From assembly GCA_040954595.2 (NCBI GenBank), contig JBECUI020000038.1, positions 1 to 64,000 on the forward strand: a stretch of DNA of 64,000 bases. Direction: 5' to 3'. This document shows, one piece after another, positions 49,211 to 62,814 of the stretch; position 1 is the stretch's first letter, and each line of letters opens with the position of its first letter. Position numbers and translations under genes: made by a program. Source of the stretch: Balanoglossus misakiensis (Eukaryota > Animalia > Hemichordata). The notes under the pieces are model-generated. The model worked only from the letters and a program-made list of their open reading frames with translations, was not told the origin of the DNA and made no database searches.

Positions 49211-51273
49211 TATTCAAATAGAAAATGTGTCAAATCTTTGTACCAACTTTTCTTTTGCAATTTAGCAATTCGTACAGACTTCAAAATTATTTCATTCAGC
49301 CTCTCAACACTTCCATTGCTCTGAGGCCAGTATGGAATGGAATATTCATGATCAATACCTAAGTAATCAAGGAAACCTTCAAACTCGGCTGAGGTAAAAG
49401 GTGGACCATTGTCTGATTTGACACAGTAAGGCAACCCATGTGTAAGAAACATAGCTTCCATGGCTTTTATGACATGGGCAGCATCTGTTTTCTTTAACAA
49501 AACTACTTCAGGCCATCTAGAGTATAAATCAGTTACCACTAGTAATTTCTCACCATCACATACATCCAAAAGATCAACTGCTAAATCGAACCATGGTCCT
49601 TCAGGTAACTGTGTGGGTAATAATGGCTCTGGGTTTGGCCTGGCACTGACCAATTGACATGGATGACAGGATCGTATCAGTTTTTCCACATCCCTGTCCA
49701 TTCCTGGCCACCAAACTCTGTCACGTAAACGAGCCTTTGTCCTCACAATTCCCTGATGACCCTGGTGTGCAATTTTCAAGATTTTTCTTTGCAAAACTTG
49801 AGGAACAACCAATCTGTTACCACGCATGATCAATCTGCCATACAACCATAATTCGTCTTTCACATGCCAATAGGGTGAAGACTTCAATTTTGACCAATTT
49901 GCAGAGGTAATACACTTTTCAACCAATTGCAAGCTCTGGTCTTTTGCAGATTCTCTCTCAATATCACGTGGGGTGATAGCAGATGGCATAGCCTCTAAAA
50001 CAACACTACATGCAAAATCTTCAGTCTCTCTACAATAGTTGTCAGATGGTTCGTCCACGGGCAATCTACTCAACATGTCCGCATAATTATTCTTTCCCTT
50101 GATATGGGTGATATGATAATCAAATTGTTGCATATATAACAGCCATCTCTCAATTCTAGCTGAAGGGGGCCTGGAGTTAGGGCTGAATACTTTCAATAAA
50201 GGCTTATGGTCAGTTCTGACCTCAAAATGACTGCCTAGCAGAAACTGCTGAAGTTTCTCACATGCCCATTTAACTCCAAGCGCCTCTCGCTCAAACTGAG
50301 AGTACCTCGACTCAACATGTGTAAGCTTTCTGCTAACATAGTACACTGGTTGATATGAACCATTACTTTGCATTTGTTCAAGGATTGCTCCAACACCAAC
50401 GGGCGATGCATCAGAAGTGACTCGAGTTTTAGCACCCTGCTTGAAATAAGCCATGAATGGACTTGTGGTCAATTTATGTTTGATGAGATTGAATACTTTC
50501 TCATGCTTGGGAAGCCATTTCCACTTTGCATCTTTGCGAGTCAAATCCCACAGTGGGCTTGTCACTGTTGCAAATTTATCGACATATTTTGAGCAAAATT
50601 GAGCCAGCCCAAAGAAACTTCTCAATTCTGATTTGTCAGTTGGCGTTCGAGCTTTTACAATAGCTTTGACCTTCTCATCAGTGAGTTTCATACCCTGGGC
50701 CGTCATCAAGTGACCCATGAATATCATACTGTCTCCTAGCTTACATTTTGTAAAGTTCAGCGTTAAACCATGCTCACTAAAACGCTTGATCACTTTCCCA
50801 ACTCTGGCATGCAGCTGCTCATAATTTTCAGCTACTACTCTAATATCATCATGCATGTTGTGGGCACCCTCACAGCCCTTCAAAACCTGGCTAATTAGAT
50901 TTTGAAACTTTTCAGTCGCCATGTTCACACCAAAAACTAAACGCTTGTAGCGATACAAAGAGTTGGGCCCTGAAAAGGTTGTAATATCCCTGCTCTTTTC
51001 ATCGAGCTCAATTTGATGGAAAGCCATATTCATATCAAGCTTGCAAAATACCTTGGCCCCTGAAATTTCCTCTAGCGTTTCATCCATGGTGGGAACAGGG
51101 TGTCTTTCCCTAACAATGGCTTGATTTGCTTTTCTCATGTCCAGACATAGTCTGATATCCCCATCAGGCTTTTGTACTGTTACAAGGGGGTTGACCCAAG
51201 AGGTCGGACCCGAAACCTTCTCTATTACTCCCAGCTTTTGAAGGTCGTTGAGTTTTTTCAACAACTTTAGCAC
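49211..51273 (-). pseudogene. Gypsy RT-RNase H-integrase, interrupted by the YR element
   Basis: LCLDMR, LVFG, MHDD, SDASPVG, EREALG, TDHKPL, AHQGHQG, SDNGPPF, SNGSVER. Confidence 0.95.
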
Positions 51274-52795
51274 GGCGGTTGAAAGGAATTCGCCGGTACT
51301 GGGCTATGGGTTTGACACTCTCATCAATATGCAAATGGAGCTTGTAGCCCTTTAACTTACCCAACCCATTAAATACCTCAGGATATTTCCTCCGCAATTC
51401 TGCAAGAATTGGCGAAGAATTATCAGCAGATATTGAATTTATCGTGTACAGATTCACATTTCCAACTCTCAACATATTTAAATTCTCAGAAGTACTCCGA
51501 CTCAACAAAATCGGTTGATCAGCCTTGATCACTATAAAATCAGCAATACATTTCTTTTTAGTAGGCGCTTCAACATGTAAGGCACATTTACCCAATATAT
51601 CTAAAGGTTTACTAGAACCATAGGTAAACACTTTATTGTTACAATTTCGAACTTTCACACCACGCTTTTCAGCAAGTCTGCGAAATTGTCTTTCACCAAT
51701 GAGATTACATGTAGCACCACTGTCGATGATAACCGGCACGTGTTGATTCTCGATCTGAATACCTGTATCAGTGAGGTCCTTCCCACTGGAAGCACGGAAA
51801 GCAGCATTGAAAGCATAGTACGCTTTCTCCTCGTCAGTCTCGACGTCTGCATGGCCACCATCGGCGTTTGCATCAGTAGTCGTCTGAGCTACCTTGTGTG
51901 TACCGCGACCATCACCACGCGTACGGCCACGTCCACGTGCGCTGCGGTTACCACCACTGCCTCGACTGTTGCCATTTTCACTGTCTTTAGACGGACAGTC
52001 TTCCCACTTAGCACGACAGTCTGCAGCTCTGTGTCCCGGTTTTTGACATCGGAAACACCGGTCGGATTTTTGTTCGGCATTGCGAGAACTACCACTTGTA
52101 CTGGCGCGACATTCACGTTGCATGTGACCTTTCCTTCCACAACGGAAACAGGCTAAGTCCGCCATTTTGTTTTTGGCGCGCGTACGTTTACCGCCAATAT
52201 TGACTGCATTTGCACTCACAGCTTGAGTACCAGACACCAAAACTAGTGCATCTTTGTCGTGATACGACCGTATGATTTGTAGTAGTTTGGTAGTGTCCAA
52301 ATTCTTTTCACGATACAGCTTGCTTTTTAGCACCTTGTCGCTGATGTAGAGCAAGACACGATCTCTTATCTGGTTGTCTTTTTCCGTCTCGGGAAAATCA
52401 CAGTCTTTCAGTAGGTTCTTGAGACGTATTACGTAGCTGTCGACCGTCTCCCCGGACGTGGGAGTTGCGCTGTAAAACTTCTGTCTCGCCATAGGAACGT
52501 TTTTCTGCAGTTGAAAGTGTTTATCCAAACATGCTATCAACGTTGCGCAGTTTGTGACGTCACCAGTTTCATCTTCAGATTTAGTGCTAACAATGTCTCT
52601 GATGCCCGCTCCAGCCATGTGCAAAAGTAAGGCACGCTTCTGCGCATTATTTGAAACACCAGAAGCTGCTACGAACAGTTCAAATTCCTGAAGCCAACGC
52701 TCCCACCTTTGCTGAAGAGCCTCCGGTTCGCCTTCACAGTCGAATCCCGCCACTCCTGGCAGTCCGGACAGCGTTACGGGTGTAGACATTTTCAT
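51260..52795 (-). CDS. Gypsy gag (two CCHC knuckles) and aspartic protease
   Basis: WERWLQEF, ALLLHMAG, CFRCGRKGHMQREC, CFRCQKPGHRAADC, IIDSGATCN. Joined to pol except for one extra A in a homopolymer at ~51255. Confidence 0.92.
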
Positions 52796-52895
52796 GCACT
52801 CAAATCACGGCTAAAAAGTCACCAAATCTCGTAAAGGTTGCTTGCGTATGTTCTTCGATAGTTAATTTAGACAACTAAATCCTCGTCGCCATTTA

Positions 52896-53049
52896 TGTGA
52901 TGTCCGGGGAGGGGTTATTGACAGTCGACAACGACGGAGTTCCACAGAAGTGATGTTTATTGAATGACAACCACGCGGGAACTAACAGTTACAGGAAATC
53001 ACGTATACAGACCATGTGACAATCACGTGATCATGACAATACTATCACA
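52896..53049 (-). repeat. 5' LTR
   Basis: Identical by eye to 41575-41728; adjacent to the PBS. Confidence 0.96.
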
Positions 53050-53535
53050 ATGATCTGATATAAACTGATGGTTCATAACTATTCACCATAGACCTGAACT
53101 TGTTTGTGACATTTACTGATGCAAATAACAACTGCACAATTTGAATATTGCCATAACTATTTTCAAAGGTAGTTTGACACCCACCCCACCCAAAATGATA
53201 GAAGGATCAGTTAGTAACATTCTATACCCTTACATTTTTATGTGTCAGTGTCACACATATTTAGAAGATAAATGAAAACTGAATACAAGAATAAAAGTTT
53301 GTCTAACCTTTATGATCTTCTTTGACAAGTTCTTGGCAGCATGCCAAATGTCATGAGAATGTTTTATGTCTGGGTGATCGTCTCCTATAAGAGTGGGTAA
53401 ATGTGATTACAAATGGAGCTTCAAAATGACAGTGTTATGATTGCCAAATACATTATCTCAGAAAAACAAAATCAACATTGACCTGTATAACAGCTTTGCT
53501 TTTGGCATTTCAAAGCAACATATAACCCAAGTTAA

Positions 53536-54330
53536 GATGGGTCCCTAGGATCTTTTTGCTCGTTGCTATGGGCCTTTATAGGACACTACACTCAATTTTG
53601 ATCGAAACCGTTATGAACGTCCGACAAGGGGCTTGTAACTAGTTAAAAATACGCACGATTGTGTGCACACCCCCTGTCCGAGTATGGTTACGGCAGCTAC
53701 CGCCCGGCCATAGGCCGCCACGCTAATACGGCAAAGCAGCAGTCACCGATAGCGTGCGCGTCCTGTAACCACAGTAACTGGATCGAACGCTAAATATCCA
53801 ATGTTTTGTACACAGAGATTTTGTACCGTTCACGAAAATCCCTAAGGCTTTTTTCATAGGCGACGTAGGCCAGCCAAATTTGACCTGCTTGTTGAGAACG
53901 CACTTCCGCATAGTGTGACGGATCGTTTTTTCGGTTTTCGTCGTGCTAAGAAGCGATACCGGTGGAAGAGTGCGTCCAAAAACACCCAAAATCGATGACT
54001 TTTTCAGGTGTGGTACGGGTATGCTGAAATCGTAGGATACAACGATAATATTCGAAAACAAAATCCGTCACGATCTTCCCTGGTTCAAGCAACTAATGAA
54101 TACGTATCAAGTTCGTTTTTGAGGTCACGGAATAAAAAGCCTTAGGCTTTTGAAATTTGACCTAGCTAATTTGCATATCAATGGCGTCAGGGGGCGCGCG
54201 CTCACAATCGTGCAGATTTTCAACTAGTTACCAGCCCCTTGTTAGACTCTGAAAACGGCTTAGTCCAAATCGGGGTGTAATGTCCTATAAAGGCCCATAG
54301 CAACGGGCAAAAAGATCCTAGGGACCCATC
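53536..54330 (-). mobile_element. Second copy of the 795-bp TTAA MITE, in a Kolobok intron
   Basis: TTAA on both sides; reverse complement of 32409-33203. Confidence 0.92.
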
Positions 54331-55649
54331 TTAAAATCATAAAATTACACTTACTCATCAGAGCTGTAATCTGCATGTGGGCATCTGTTACGACTTCTTT
54401 GACATTTACACCTTTCTCCTGAAGCTGGTTTAGACTTTTAACAAGGCAGGCCTTTTCCATGTTTGTTGACTTCTTCTCTGTTTCTCTTTTGTCCATGGTT
54501 ATTATCGACAGAATTTTCTTGGTGGTTTCCTCCATCACAGTATAGGTGCAATATTGCGCACAAAAACCCGGGGAATCCATTCGCCCATCACCTGAGACAT
54601 AATCAAGTAAATATGTCAGTCAAATTATACATAAGTATGCATAAGTGAGAACATTTCCAATTCAATGATTTTACAATGAGTATGAAATGATGCAAATGAG
54701 GAAGTAAATGCCACCAAATAATAACTATTGTATTCTTTTCTAAATCAGCAGAATAGAGTGTGTAAGTATAAACTTTTAGACATAAATTACAAGTGCATTG
54801 GCCGACATGTGATGGATAATCAGTGGGGTGAGCCAATCAGATTAGGTGCGTGTCATTAACAATGAAGCTAAAAACTTACCCAGTAAAACAAGTTCTTGGC
54901 CATCAAATGAATCAATGATGTCTTGTTGTTGTCGTATCCAAAATTCATCAAGACATGGTATTAGATAAGCTTTCTGAATTCTATTGTAAGTATTCTGGGA
55001 GCAAATTCTGAGTGACAGAATGCTTGCCAAAAAATTAATTTTGGCATAATTATTACCAGACAATAGAATGGCAGCTGCTGTGAAGAGATCACCACTATGA
55101 AGTCTCCTGTTCAAAATTGGTTGTGAACACCATTCGTACTCAAGGTGACCAGCTGAGCATTCCTGAAAAAAAAAAGTTTAAAGATTCATGCTTATTTGAT
55201 CATTTCATGTTGATTTCTCCAAGACACGATAAAACAGATGTTAATACCGATAACTTTGTAATTTCAGTTGACTATTGTTTTTTATTATAAACCTAAAGGA
55301 ACAATGTGCACCCACATAGGATTATAACTAGAGTTTCCTGTTCATCTAAATAATACTGGCATAGTGATTGTCCATACAATGCACACTACAGTTGGTATAG
55401 TTTAACAATAATTGTCAAGAATATACCATATTTAGTTCACACTCACCCACTTTAGATATAAAGCTGAGCCAACAAACTTTGAAGTAGAGGATATCAATCC
55501 ACTGCAAGACTTCAATGCACAGACTTGCCTAATAGATTTTTTGCCAAGGGCCAGAAGCTGGTTAAAAAAAACAGACATGTTGTAGAGTCACCAAGGAGGC
55601 TTTCCCCATCTTCTTCTGTGACAACTCTCTGCAGACCCGGTGATGGTGT

Positions 55650-55683
<34 letters not shown>
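55650..55683. repeat. (TCA)n microsatellite encoding poly-Asp in the Kolobok transposase
   Basis: Direct reading; the minus-strand frame gives GGDDDDDDDDDDET. Confidence 0.9.
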
Positions 55684-56850
55684 CCACCGTCACTTTCAAT
55701 ATCGTCGTCACCAATGGCAGGAACCACCTGCACGCCATTAGTTCTGAGAAATGGACAAAAAATCCTAACAATGCTCATGACTTGTCCATCAGAGTTTGTC
55801 AGTCAGCTGTTAGTACAAATGTTGTAAGTTGATGTTTCATTCATAAAAGAAAATTTATCATATATATGAATTTTAGCGTCCAACACTTAGGCTTTTTTTA
55901 ACCATGAGGATATTTTGCTTTCCATTTGTTGTGTACCCATCCAATAAGGAACTTTGATGATAGTGATAAATGCGCACTTACATTATAGAAATATCAAAGC
56001 TGGGCTCATAGTCATAATCATCATCGTCACATAGGTTCATGTCTTCCTCTTTGTCTTCCTCAGAAATATCAATGCTCAACCTGGTAGTAATAAAACCAAG
56101 GAATTAATCTGAATAGTGGGACAATGCTGCTCACTAAAAATACATATAGTCACTCATAAGCACAAAAAAGAAAGAAAACATTTCCCATGAATTTAAGTAC
56201 AAGCAAATGTTCTGACACACGTGATGCATGTCATGAAACTGATTTTCCCAACAAATTTAAATTTAGTGTAACAGGAGAAAAGAAGCAATCGAAAAGGCTT
56301 GCTCAAGCAAGGGATACATGCATGCCGTATATGACAATAGAATAAGGAAAACTTACTCAAATGGATTGATGAAAGACTCAGACAAATTTCTTGGAAATCT
56401 TACACGGCCGCTGGAGAAAAAAATGACAAAATAGGCACACATGAGACGGCAATATGTACTGAACTAATTTACAGCTGTGAACTAAATATAACACACATGA
56501 AAATTGAACTCTGAAACAAAGTGACAGGGGCACACAGGGACAGCAGCATCACTGCTTATTTTTACAGGTTCCTCTCTATCTTGGTTTCACACAAGTAAAT
56601 TTAGGGTGCTTGGTAAACATTTGCCATTTTGCTTTCTAAGAAATATTTTCATGTTGATAGCTACACAGAATAACTTATTCACACAAGCATAAGCAAGGGA
56701 GTTAGAAATTAGTACATTTACATGTATGTAAAGCAGTCGCTCCTGCTTTTGTCCTAAAGCAGGAGATTAATGTTTATCACAAAAGGTACAAAAGAGGGGG
56801 GAAAGCCACATTTCACTATAAAAGTTTACCTAACTACAGTTTATCTTCAG

Positions 56851-57273
56851 ATTAATAGAATCTCACACTCCCAAGGACCTGGGATCACATTTCTCACAAG
56901 AGTTGGGGATTTTCTGTCCCACACGAGCCGCAGGCTCGTGTGGGACAGAATATCCCCGACGAGTGTGAGAAATATGATCCCAGGTCCTTGGTGTGTGAGA
57001 TTCTTTTTCTCACACGGTCACAAATTAGCCAAGTTCGTTAAAAACATTGAATAAATGACTCTGGAATTGTTGTCTGGGGGCACGTTGTAGTCTCTGTGCC
57101 TGTAATACACATCGCGCCATTGGATAACATTTAGTGCGCGTAGCGACAGAACACTTTGTTAACCAATCAGCACTCACGTCATATACAGCTTTCTATTCAG
57201 TGAGATTGTGAGAACAATTTGTTCCCACACTCTGTTCTCACACTCCCAGCGTACGGGGAGTGTAAGAAAAGAT
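56851..57273. mobile_element. Hairpin-headed non-autonomous element (Crypton-like, tentative)
   Basis: ~70-bp-arm palindrome centred on CACACGAGCCGCAGGCTCGTGTG; short terminal hairpin CACTCCC..GGGAGTG. Confidence 0.5.
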
Positions 57274-60200
57274 AGTGTCATACCTTTCACTTTGTACTGG
57301 CTGTGATGGGCCTTCTGTAGATTCCATAGGTTTCTCTTGTGATGATTCTCCTATCTCCTGAACATCTATCTCTGCAATTCCAGAGATGGAAGAAACCCTG
57401 TACAAAGAAAAAAAAGACTAAAATTTGATACATGACAAACTAGGTCTGCACAAACGTTGTAGGTTCCAGTTCCCCCTAATCCCCCAACCAGTAAGCAGTG
57501 AAAAACCTATGTTTGCTGGATTAAAACCATAGACGTGAATGTCTTGGTCAACACACTGAATAAATTGTATAGGATGATTTTGGTTGTTTATTGGAGGGCA
57601 AATGTCAGGTATACTTCGCCATTGTTATGTTGATTATTGTCACCTGAGAGTTTGAGCAGAGGCTTTTCCTCATACTACAGATTGTGGCTAGAAGCATTGA
57701 AATTATCATGTAATGTAAAAAAACAGTGCTTAAACACCTACCTGACTGATGATATTTCTGATGCAACTAATTCTTCTAAATTTTTTTCGATATCACAAAG
57801 ATGGCCATTTCCTGGCGTTGATGTCATAGGAAAAGTTTGGGTGGCTTGTCCTTGATCATCACGTTGCCTATAAATTTTAAGAAACAAATATATACTTTTA
57901 GGTATTCCCATCTATCACACAGATAACTATGTGGAATGCAACATTTCATTGTTTCATTTCTATAAATTATATTACGGACACAATTACTTTTCATGAGCCA
58001 TAAAAACATGTCACCTCTTTAAAACAATATACATCATGTATACTGCAAGAGCCCCATCAAATATGAAAATCTATTGTGTACTATACAAAGCTCAAAGTAT
58101 CATGATCAAAATTTATTTGGTACCTAGTTTCCATAGACGGTGCAAATACTTGCAGTGTTTCTTGGCCACTTGGAGATGATGCAGGCCTGGTAAATTCTGC
58201 ATCTGTTGTTGCTGTAACTTGATGTTCATAATACCTGTCCACACAAATAATAAGACACAATGAACCTTTTTTGCCTTTACAATGGCTTGTTTACGTAGCC
58301 AATTTCTGTCTTTAGAAGGGATTACACACAGCCATAATTTGCCTCAGAGGACAGGTTACAGACACGTAAGGTGAGAATAAGATAACTACGAGAAAATAGC
58401 CAAATTTTTCTTCAGTTCATATACAGCTCAAGAAATGTACACAACTGGCTATAACAAAACGGAAGTTGTAGCAGAACAAAGAACAACCAAATTCCGCTAA
58501 AAGCATATTGTCTCGTATGTTCGATAACAGTAATACATGTAGATTGTCCGGAGGAAAAAAAAGAAAAAAAAAAAAAATTGCAGTACCGTACAATTTATCT
58601 CGCATAGTCATACATTGATACAAACGGTCCAGCGTACTACATACAACTGCTGGTCGAGGGCGAGGTATGCGCTGGGCAAAATCACTAAGTGAAATACGAC
58701 TTGAAACAGCACATTTAGAATTACATTGAGATGATGCTCGCAGTGATTCTGTGAGACACAGATTCTAAATTCATGTACACAATTCATGCCGTATCTTTGG
58801 CTATGGAGTACGTACACAGTGAATGCACGAATATGTACTTACCGGTCGATCAGTACCTTTGCGACCTGGCGGTTCGTTTCCAATACCAAGGAGCGTTTGA
58901 TTTCATTCCAACGATGAATTTCCGAGAAAATGTTTATCTGACCTACTTGTTTCAGCAATTGTTTACGTTTTTTTGCCGAAGCAGTGGTTTGTGGGCGGCC
59001 ACGAGCACGTTTACGTTTACCACTGCTACTGGGAACAGACGCCAAAGCATCCGCCATGACTGTCGCTACAGCTATAATTATATGTATGACGTTTCATTTT
59101 GTGTATATACCCTTGCACATGCGCACATTGGTAATGATCGAAGCCCGGCCCGCGTCCGCGCTCGAATAAATGGTAAAGAACGATTATTCATTTTGGTGAT
59201 TTTTTTACTCTCGTGTCTACAAGCGGGATGGAACTTGTGTGTGGTCGAACGTTGATTCACTATATATCAACATTTAAAATAACATACACAGTGTCTTGAA
59301 TGAATCAAAAGTAATGGAAAAAAGGCAAAAAGAGAGAGACTTTGTCCCTTTAAGTCAAAGGCTGATATTTCTCACTGTGTGTGACCAGGGTATCATTTTA
59401 AACACAGACTGGACTTTGACTACTGTGTCCAATGGAAAAAATACATCAGCATCTATGTCTGCAAAAAGGTGTCAAAACTGACATATCTTATCATGTATGT
59501 CATCAAACTCAAAGGATAATATCTTCATTTCATGTGACCTGCCTGGTTAAAGTTTACCGCCAACATTTCACCATGCTTTACCCACCCATGGCACAGTGTG
59601 TCAAATCCAATATTTGGTTCGATGAATGAACCATGAAAGTTTCCGAATTGGTACTACCCGAAAACTGCATGGCAAGCTAAATTTGGAATTTGGATGGGGT
59701 GGGGAGGTAAAGCTAACCTAACGTACAGTCGTTTAGATTTAACATTATGCCTGTGAGTTACATGTTAATATTTTCTGCATGTCTGTCGCGTACAATGCGT
59801 CGGTGCGGAAAAATGATCACAGGTACTATTCAGAAGAATTCCGCTGAATCATGGTGACGATGTGCATGGAAAAATCCTGATTATGATCTAACTGATAAAC
59901 AATAGCATGATATTAATAAAATATACACATTAACCAATGAATGAACCATCGTGAAGATTGTGCCCCAACACTTATTTAAGCTTTTATCATTATTATACCT
60001 TTGTCATTACTAAATATATCAACAGCCCTGTACACCAAAGCTATCACCACATTTGTTAACCTTTATTACACCATTCATATGAAACCCTTCACCATCATCA
60101 ACCTCTATTATATTCATTGTTTTGGCCCATTATAATCTGTGTACCCTCAATTTTACCACAAACCATCACCACATTAGTTAACTGTTTATTAAACACTTCC

Positions 60201-61109
60201 ACATGTGTTGCCCATTATTATACCATTGAAATTTATAAATCGATCATCATACCTATCATACAAGCAATTGCTGATTGCTGTTAACCCTTGTGTACCACAA
60301 GCCATTATCATGAAATAGGCAACATGAATTTCACATAACACAGTTTGTCAGCTCTGAGAATATTGTTCTCAGGACCATGTCCCACGCTTAATAAAAGTGT
60401 TGTGTATGTGGTACAGTTTAGATTCCTTGTCAGATTTCCCATAACACAGTTCGTGAGCCCCGAAAAGTACCATAACACAATTCTCATGAACATTTCCCAT
60501 GATCAATAAAAGTGTTGTGTGTAGCATAGTCATTTTTCCGTTTGCTGTGACATTTGTCTCCGTGTGAGAGTTTAAGTAAATGTGGAAACACGCAAATTAG
60601 GCAACATCAATATCCCGTACAGAATTCAGTGTGTTTTGTTCGCATTTTTGGTTGCCATTTTGAAAATGAACAAAGGACTTTCCATTGACCAACACCCGTA
60701 TGAATACGTCCAAATTACCCAATTTTAATATTCCTTAAATAATTGGTCAGCTGTGCAAATATTTTTCACCTGACCACTTCCTTTGCTAAGCAAGAGTGTT
60801 TTTTATGTAATAATATTAATATAATATTTATAACGTATGTAGCACATTAAATCTCAATGTGCTTTAAAGTTGTCCCATGGTCATTTGATTTAGGTCGTTG
60901 GACATAAATATTCCATTCAACTCCCTGGGGAGCAAACAACATCTCACCATCTTTAGAAATGTCAAATTACAGTGCTTTTGGCCACGTATTAACCTGGGGA
61001 TTTACAGTTAACTTTAAATACACATGCATATGCATTTAATCCCCATGTGACTATAAAACAGTTTGTAAATGTGAATATGTCCACATTACACAACTTGAAT
61101 TTTACTTAA

Positions 61110-61440
61110 AGGGACAAAGTGTCTCTCTCGCTGCCCTTTTTACCATTAATTATGTTTGATACAAGACATCGTTTATGTTGGCTGTATAGTGAATCAATGT
61201 TCGACCAAACACAACTTCCACCCCACTTGTACACACAAGAATGAAAAAACTCGCCAAAATGAATAATCGGTGTTTACCATTTATTCATTTTTGCGAGATT
61301 TTTACTCTCAGATTCTACAAACGGGATGAAAGTTGTTGGTTGAATGTTGATTCACTATATAGCCACATGTAGAATAACATAAATGGGTTCATGTATCAAA
61401 CTTAATTGAACAATGGTGGCGAAAGAGAGACTTTGCCCCT
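61110..61440. mobile_element. Kolobok-derived MITE, TTAA TSD
   Basis: TTAA|AGGGACAAAGT...ACTTTGCCCCT|TTAA; same locus as 36543-36884 in the paralogous block. Confidence 0.88.
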
Positions 61441-62814
61441 TTAAACAATTGGTCAGCTCTGCGAATATAGTTCACCTGACCACTTCCTTTGCTAAGTAAG
61501 AGTGTTGTTTATGTAATGATATCAATATAATATTTATTACTTATATAGCACATTACACAATAAATCTCAATGTGCTGCTTCAAAGTGTTTCCCATGGTAA
61601 TTTGACCTAGGTCGGTGGACCTAAAATATTCCATCCCACTCCATGGGGAGCAAACAACAGCTCACATGTGCAGCTTTTATATCAGCACAGCAGACCTAAA
61701 CATACTCATTACAATATCGGATCCACCAAATTACCTTTTCTTATGGGCGGGGAGAGGCAAGGAGATGTAAACACCACAACACCACAACCATGCCAGGGAT
61801 CAAACCCTTGATTCTTTGATTATGGGTCTGATGCTCTAACGACTGGACTATGACTTTATGTGGCACAATGACCTTTCCATTTAGTGCCTTGTTCAGCTCT
61901 CAGTCAGGGTTTAAGCAAATATGGAAACATGCATATTAGGCTCTTTGAATTTCCAAAAATTCAGTGTGTCAGCTCCCATTTCCCAAGACCAGTTCCCGTG
62001 CTAAATAAAAGTGCTGTGTGTGGCATAATCATTTTTCCGTCTGCTGTGACATTTGTCTCCCTGTGAGAGTTTAAGTAAATGTGGAGACACGCAAATTAGG
62101 CAATCCCATATATCCCATACATAATTCAGTGTGTTTTGTTCACATTTTTGGTTTTTATTTTGAAAATGAACAAAGGAGTTTCCTATCATTGAGCAACTCA
62201 CTCCATTAACAGTTGCTCGATATGCAGGCTAACTTGCTAGATCACTAAAGACTTAAAGCATGTTGAGGTTGGTGCCCCAAACCCTCTTGAAGACAACTGG
62301 TTGCTAACGATTGCCAATTAGGCAATTTGGATATTCTACACATAACACAGTTTGTCAACTTTGAGAATACTGTTCTCAATACTATTTCCCATGCTTAATA
62401 GAAGTGTTGAGTAACAGTATGTGGTAGAATGGCATTCCTATACGTTGCCTTCTTTTGCTCATTATCACGGTTTCAGTAAATTTAGAGACACGCAAGTTTA
62501 GCAGCTTGAATTTCTCATAACACAGTTTTGAGCTCCGAGAACAGAGTTCTCATGAACATTTCCCATGCTCCATAAAAGTGTTGTGTATGTCTTACAATGA
62601 TCTTTCCATACGCTGCCTTGTATAGCTGCTGTTAATAATTCAAGTTAATGTGGAGACGTATTAGGCAACATCAACGTCCAATACATAACACAGTTTGTAG
62701 GTATGAATACATCCAAAATACCCAACTTTAATTTTCCTTAAAGAATTGGTCAGCTCTGCAAATATATTTCACCTGACCACTTCCTTAGCTAAGTAAGAGT
62801 GTTGTTTATGTAAT

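Larger units (their letters stand above)
42737..49218 (+). mobile_element. PAT-like (DIRS order) tyrosine-recombinase retrotransposon with split direct repeats
   Basis: A1 42737-42849 = A2 48889-49001; B1 48810-48888 = B2 49132-49210; order A1-gag-RT/RH/MT-YR-B1A2-B2. The methyltransferase domain argues for PAT rather than Ngaro. Confidence 0.93.
41575..53049 (-). mobile_element. Full-length Mag-type Ty3/Gypsy LTR retrotransposon inside a Kolobok intron
   Basis: 154-bp LTRs TG...CA; 5-bp TSD ATGAT (41570-41574, 53050-53054); PBS TGGCGACGAGGAT (52879-52891); purine tract at ~41729-41740. Confidence 0.96.
41441..59057 (-). pseudogene. Kolobok-type transposase, ~11 exons (approx. 59057-58843, 58234-58124, 57867-57742, 57397-57284, 56411-56357, 56080-55982, ~55800-55449, 55162-54880, 54591-54355, 53385-53308, 41545-41441)
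   Basis: GT-AG bounded exons encode AAILLSGNNYAK, GDGRMDSPG..AQYCTY, STNMEK, VTDAH.QI, HSHDIWHAAK and LKW...IVNHFWYC. Frameshift at ~55560; C-terminal exons absent. Confidence 0.8.
41180..59349 (-). mobile_element. Kolobok DNA transposon, 3' truncated (lower boundary approximate), host of nested insertions
   Basis: Terminus TTAA|AGGGACAAAG at 59349; the paralogous empty TTAA site is at 38778-38781; multi-exon transposase; no second TIR found. Confidence 0.8.

Noticed and set aside
51240-51275. Programmed gag-pol frameshift
   Set aside because: The break falls within the RT N-terminus at an A run; more likely a 1-bp indel or sequencing error.
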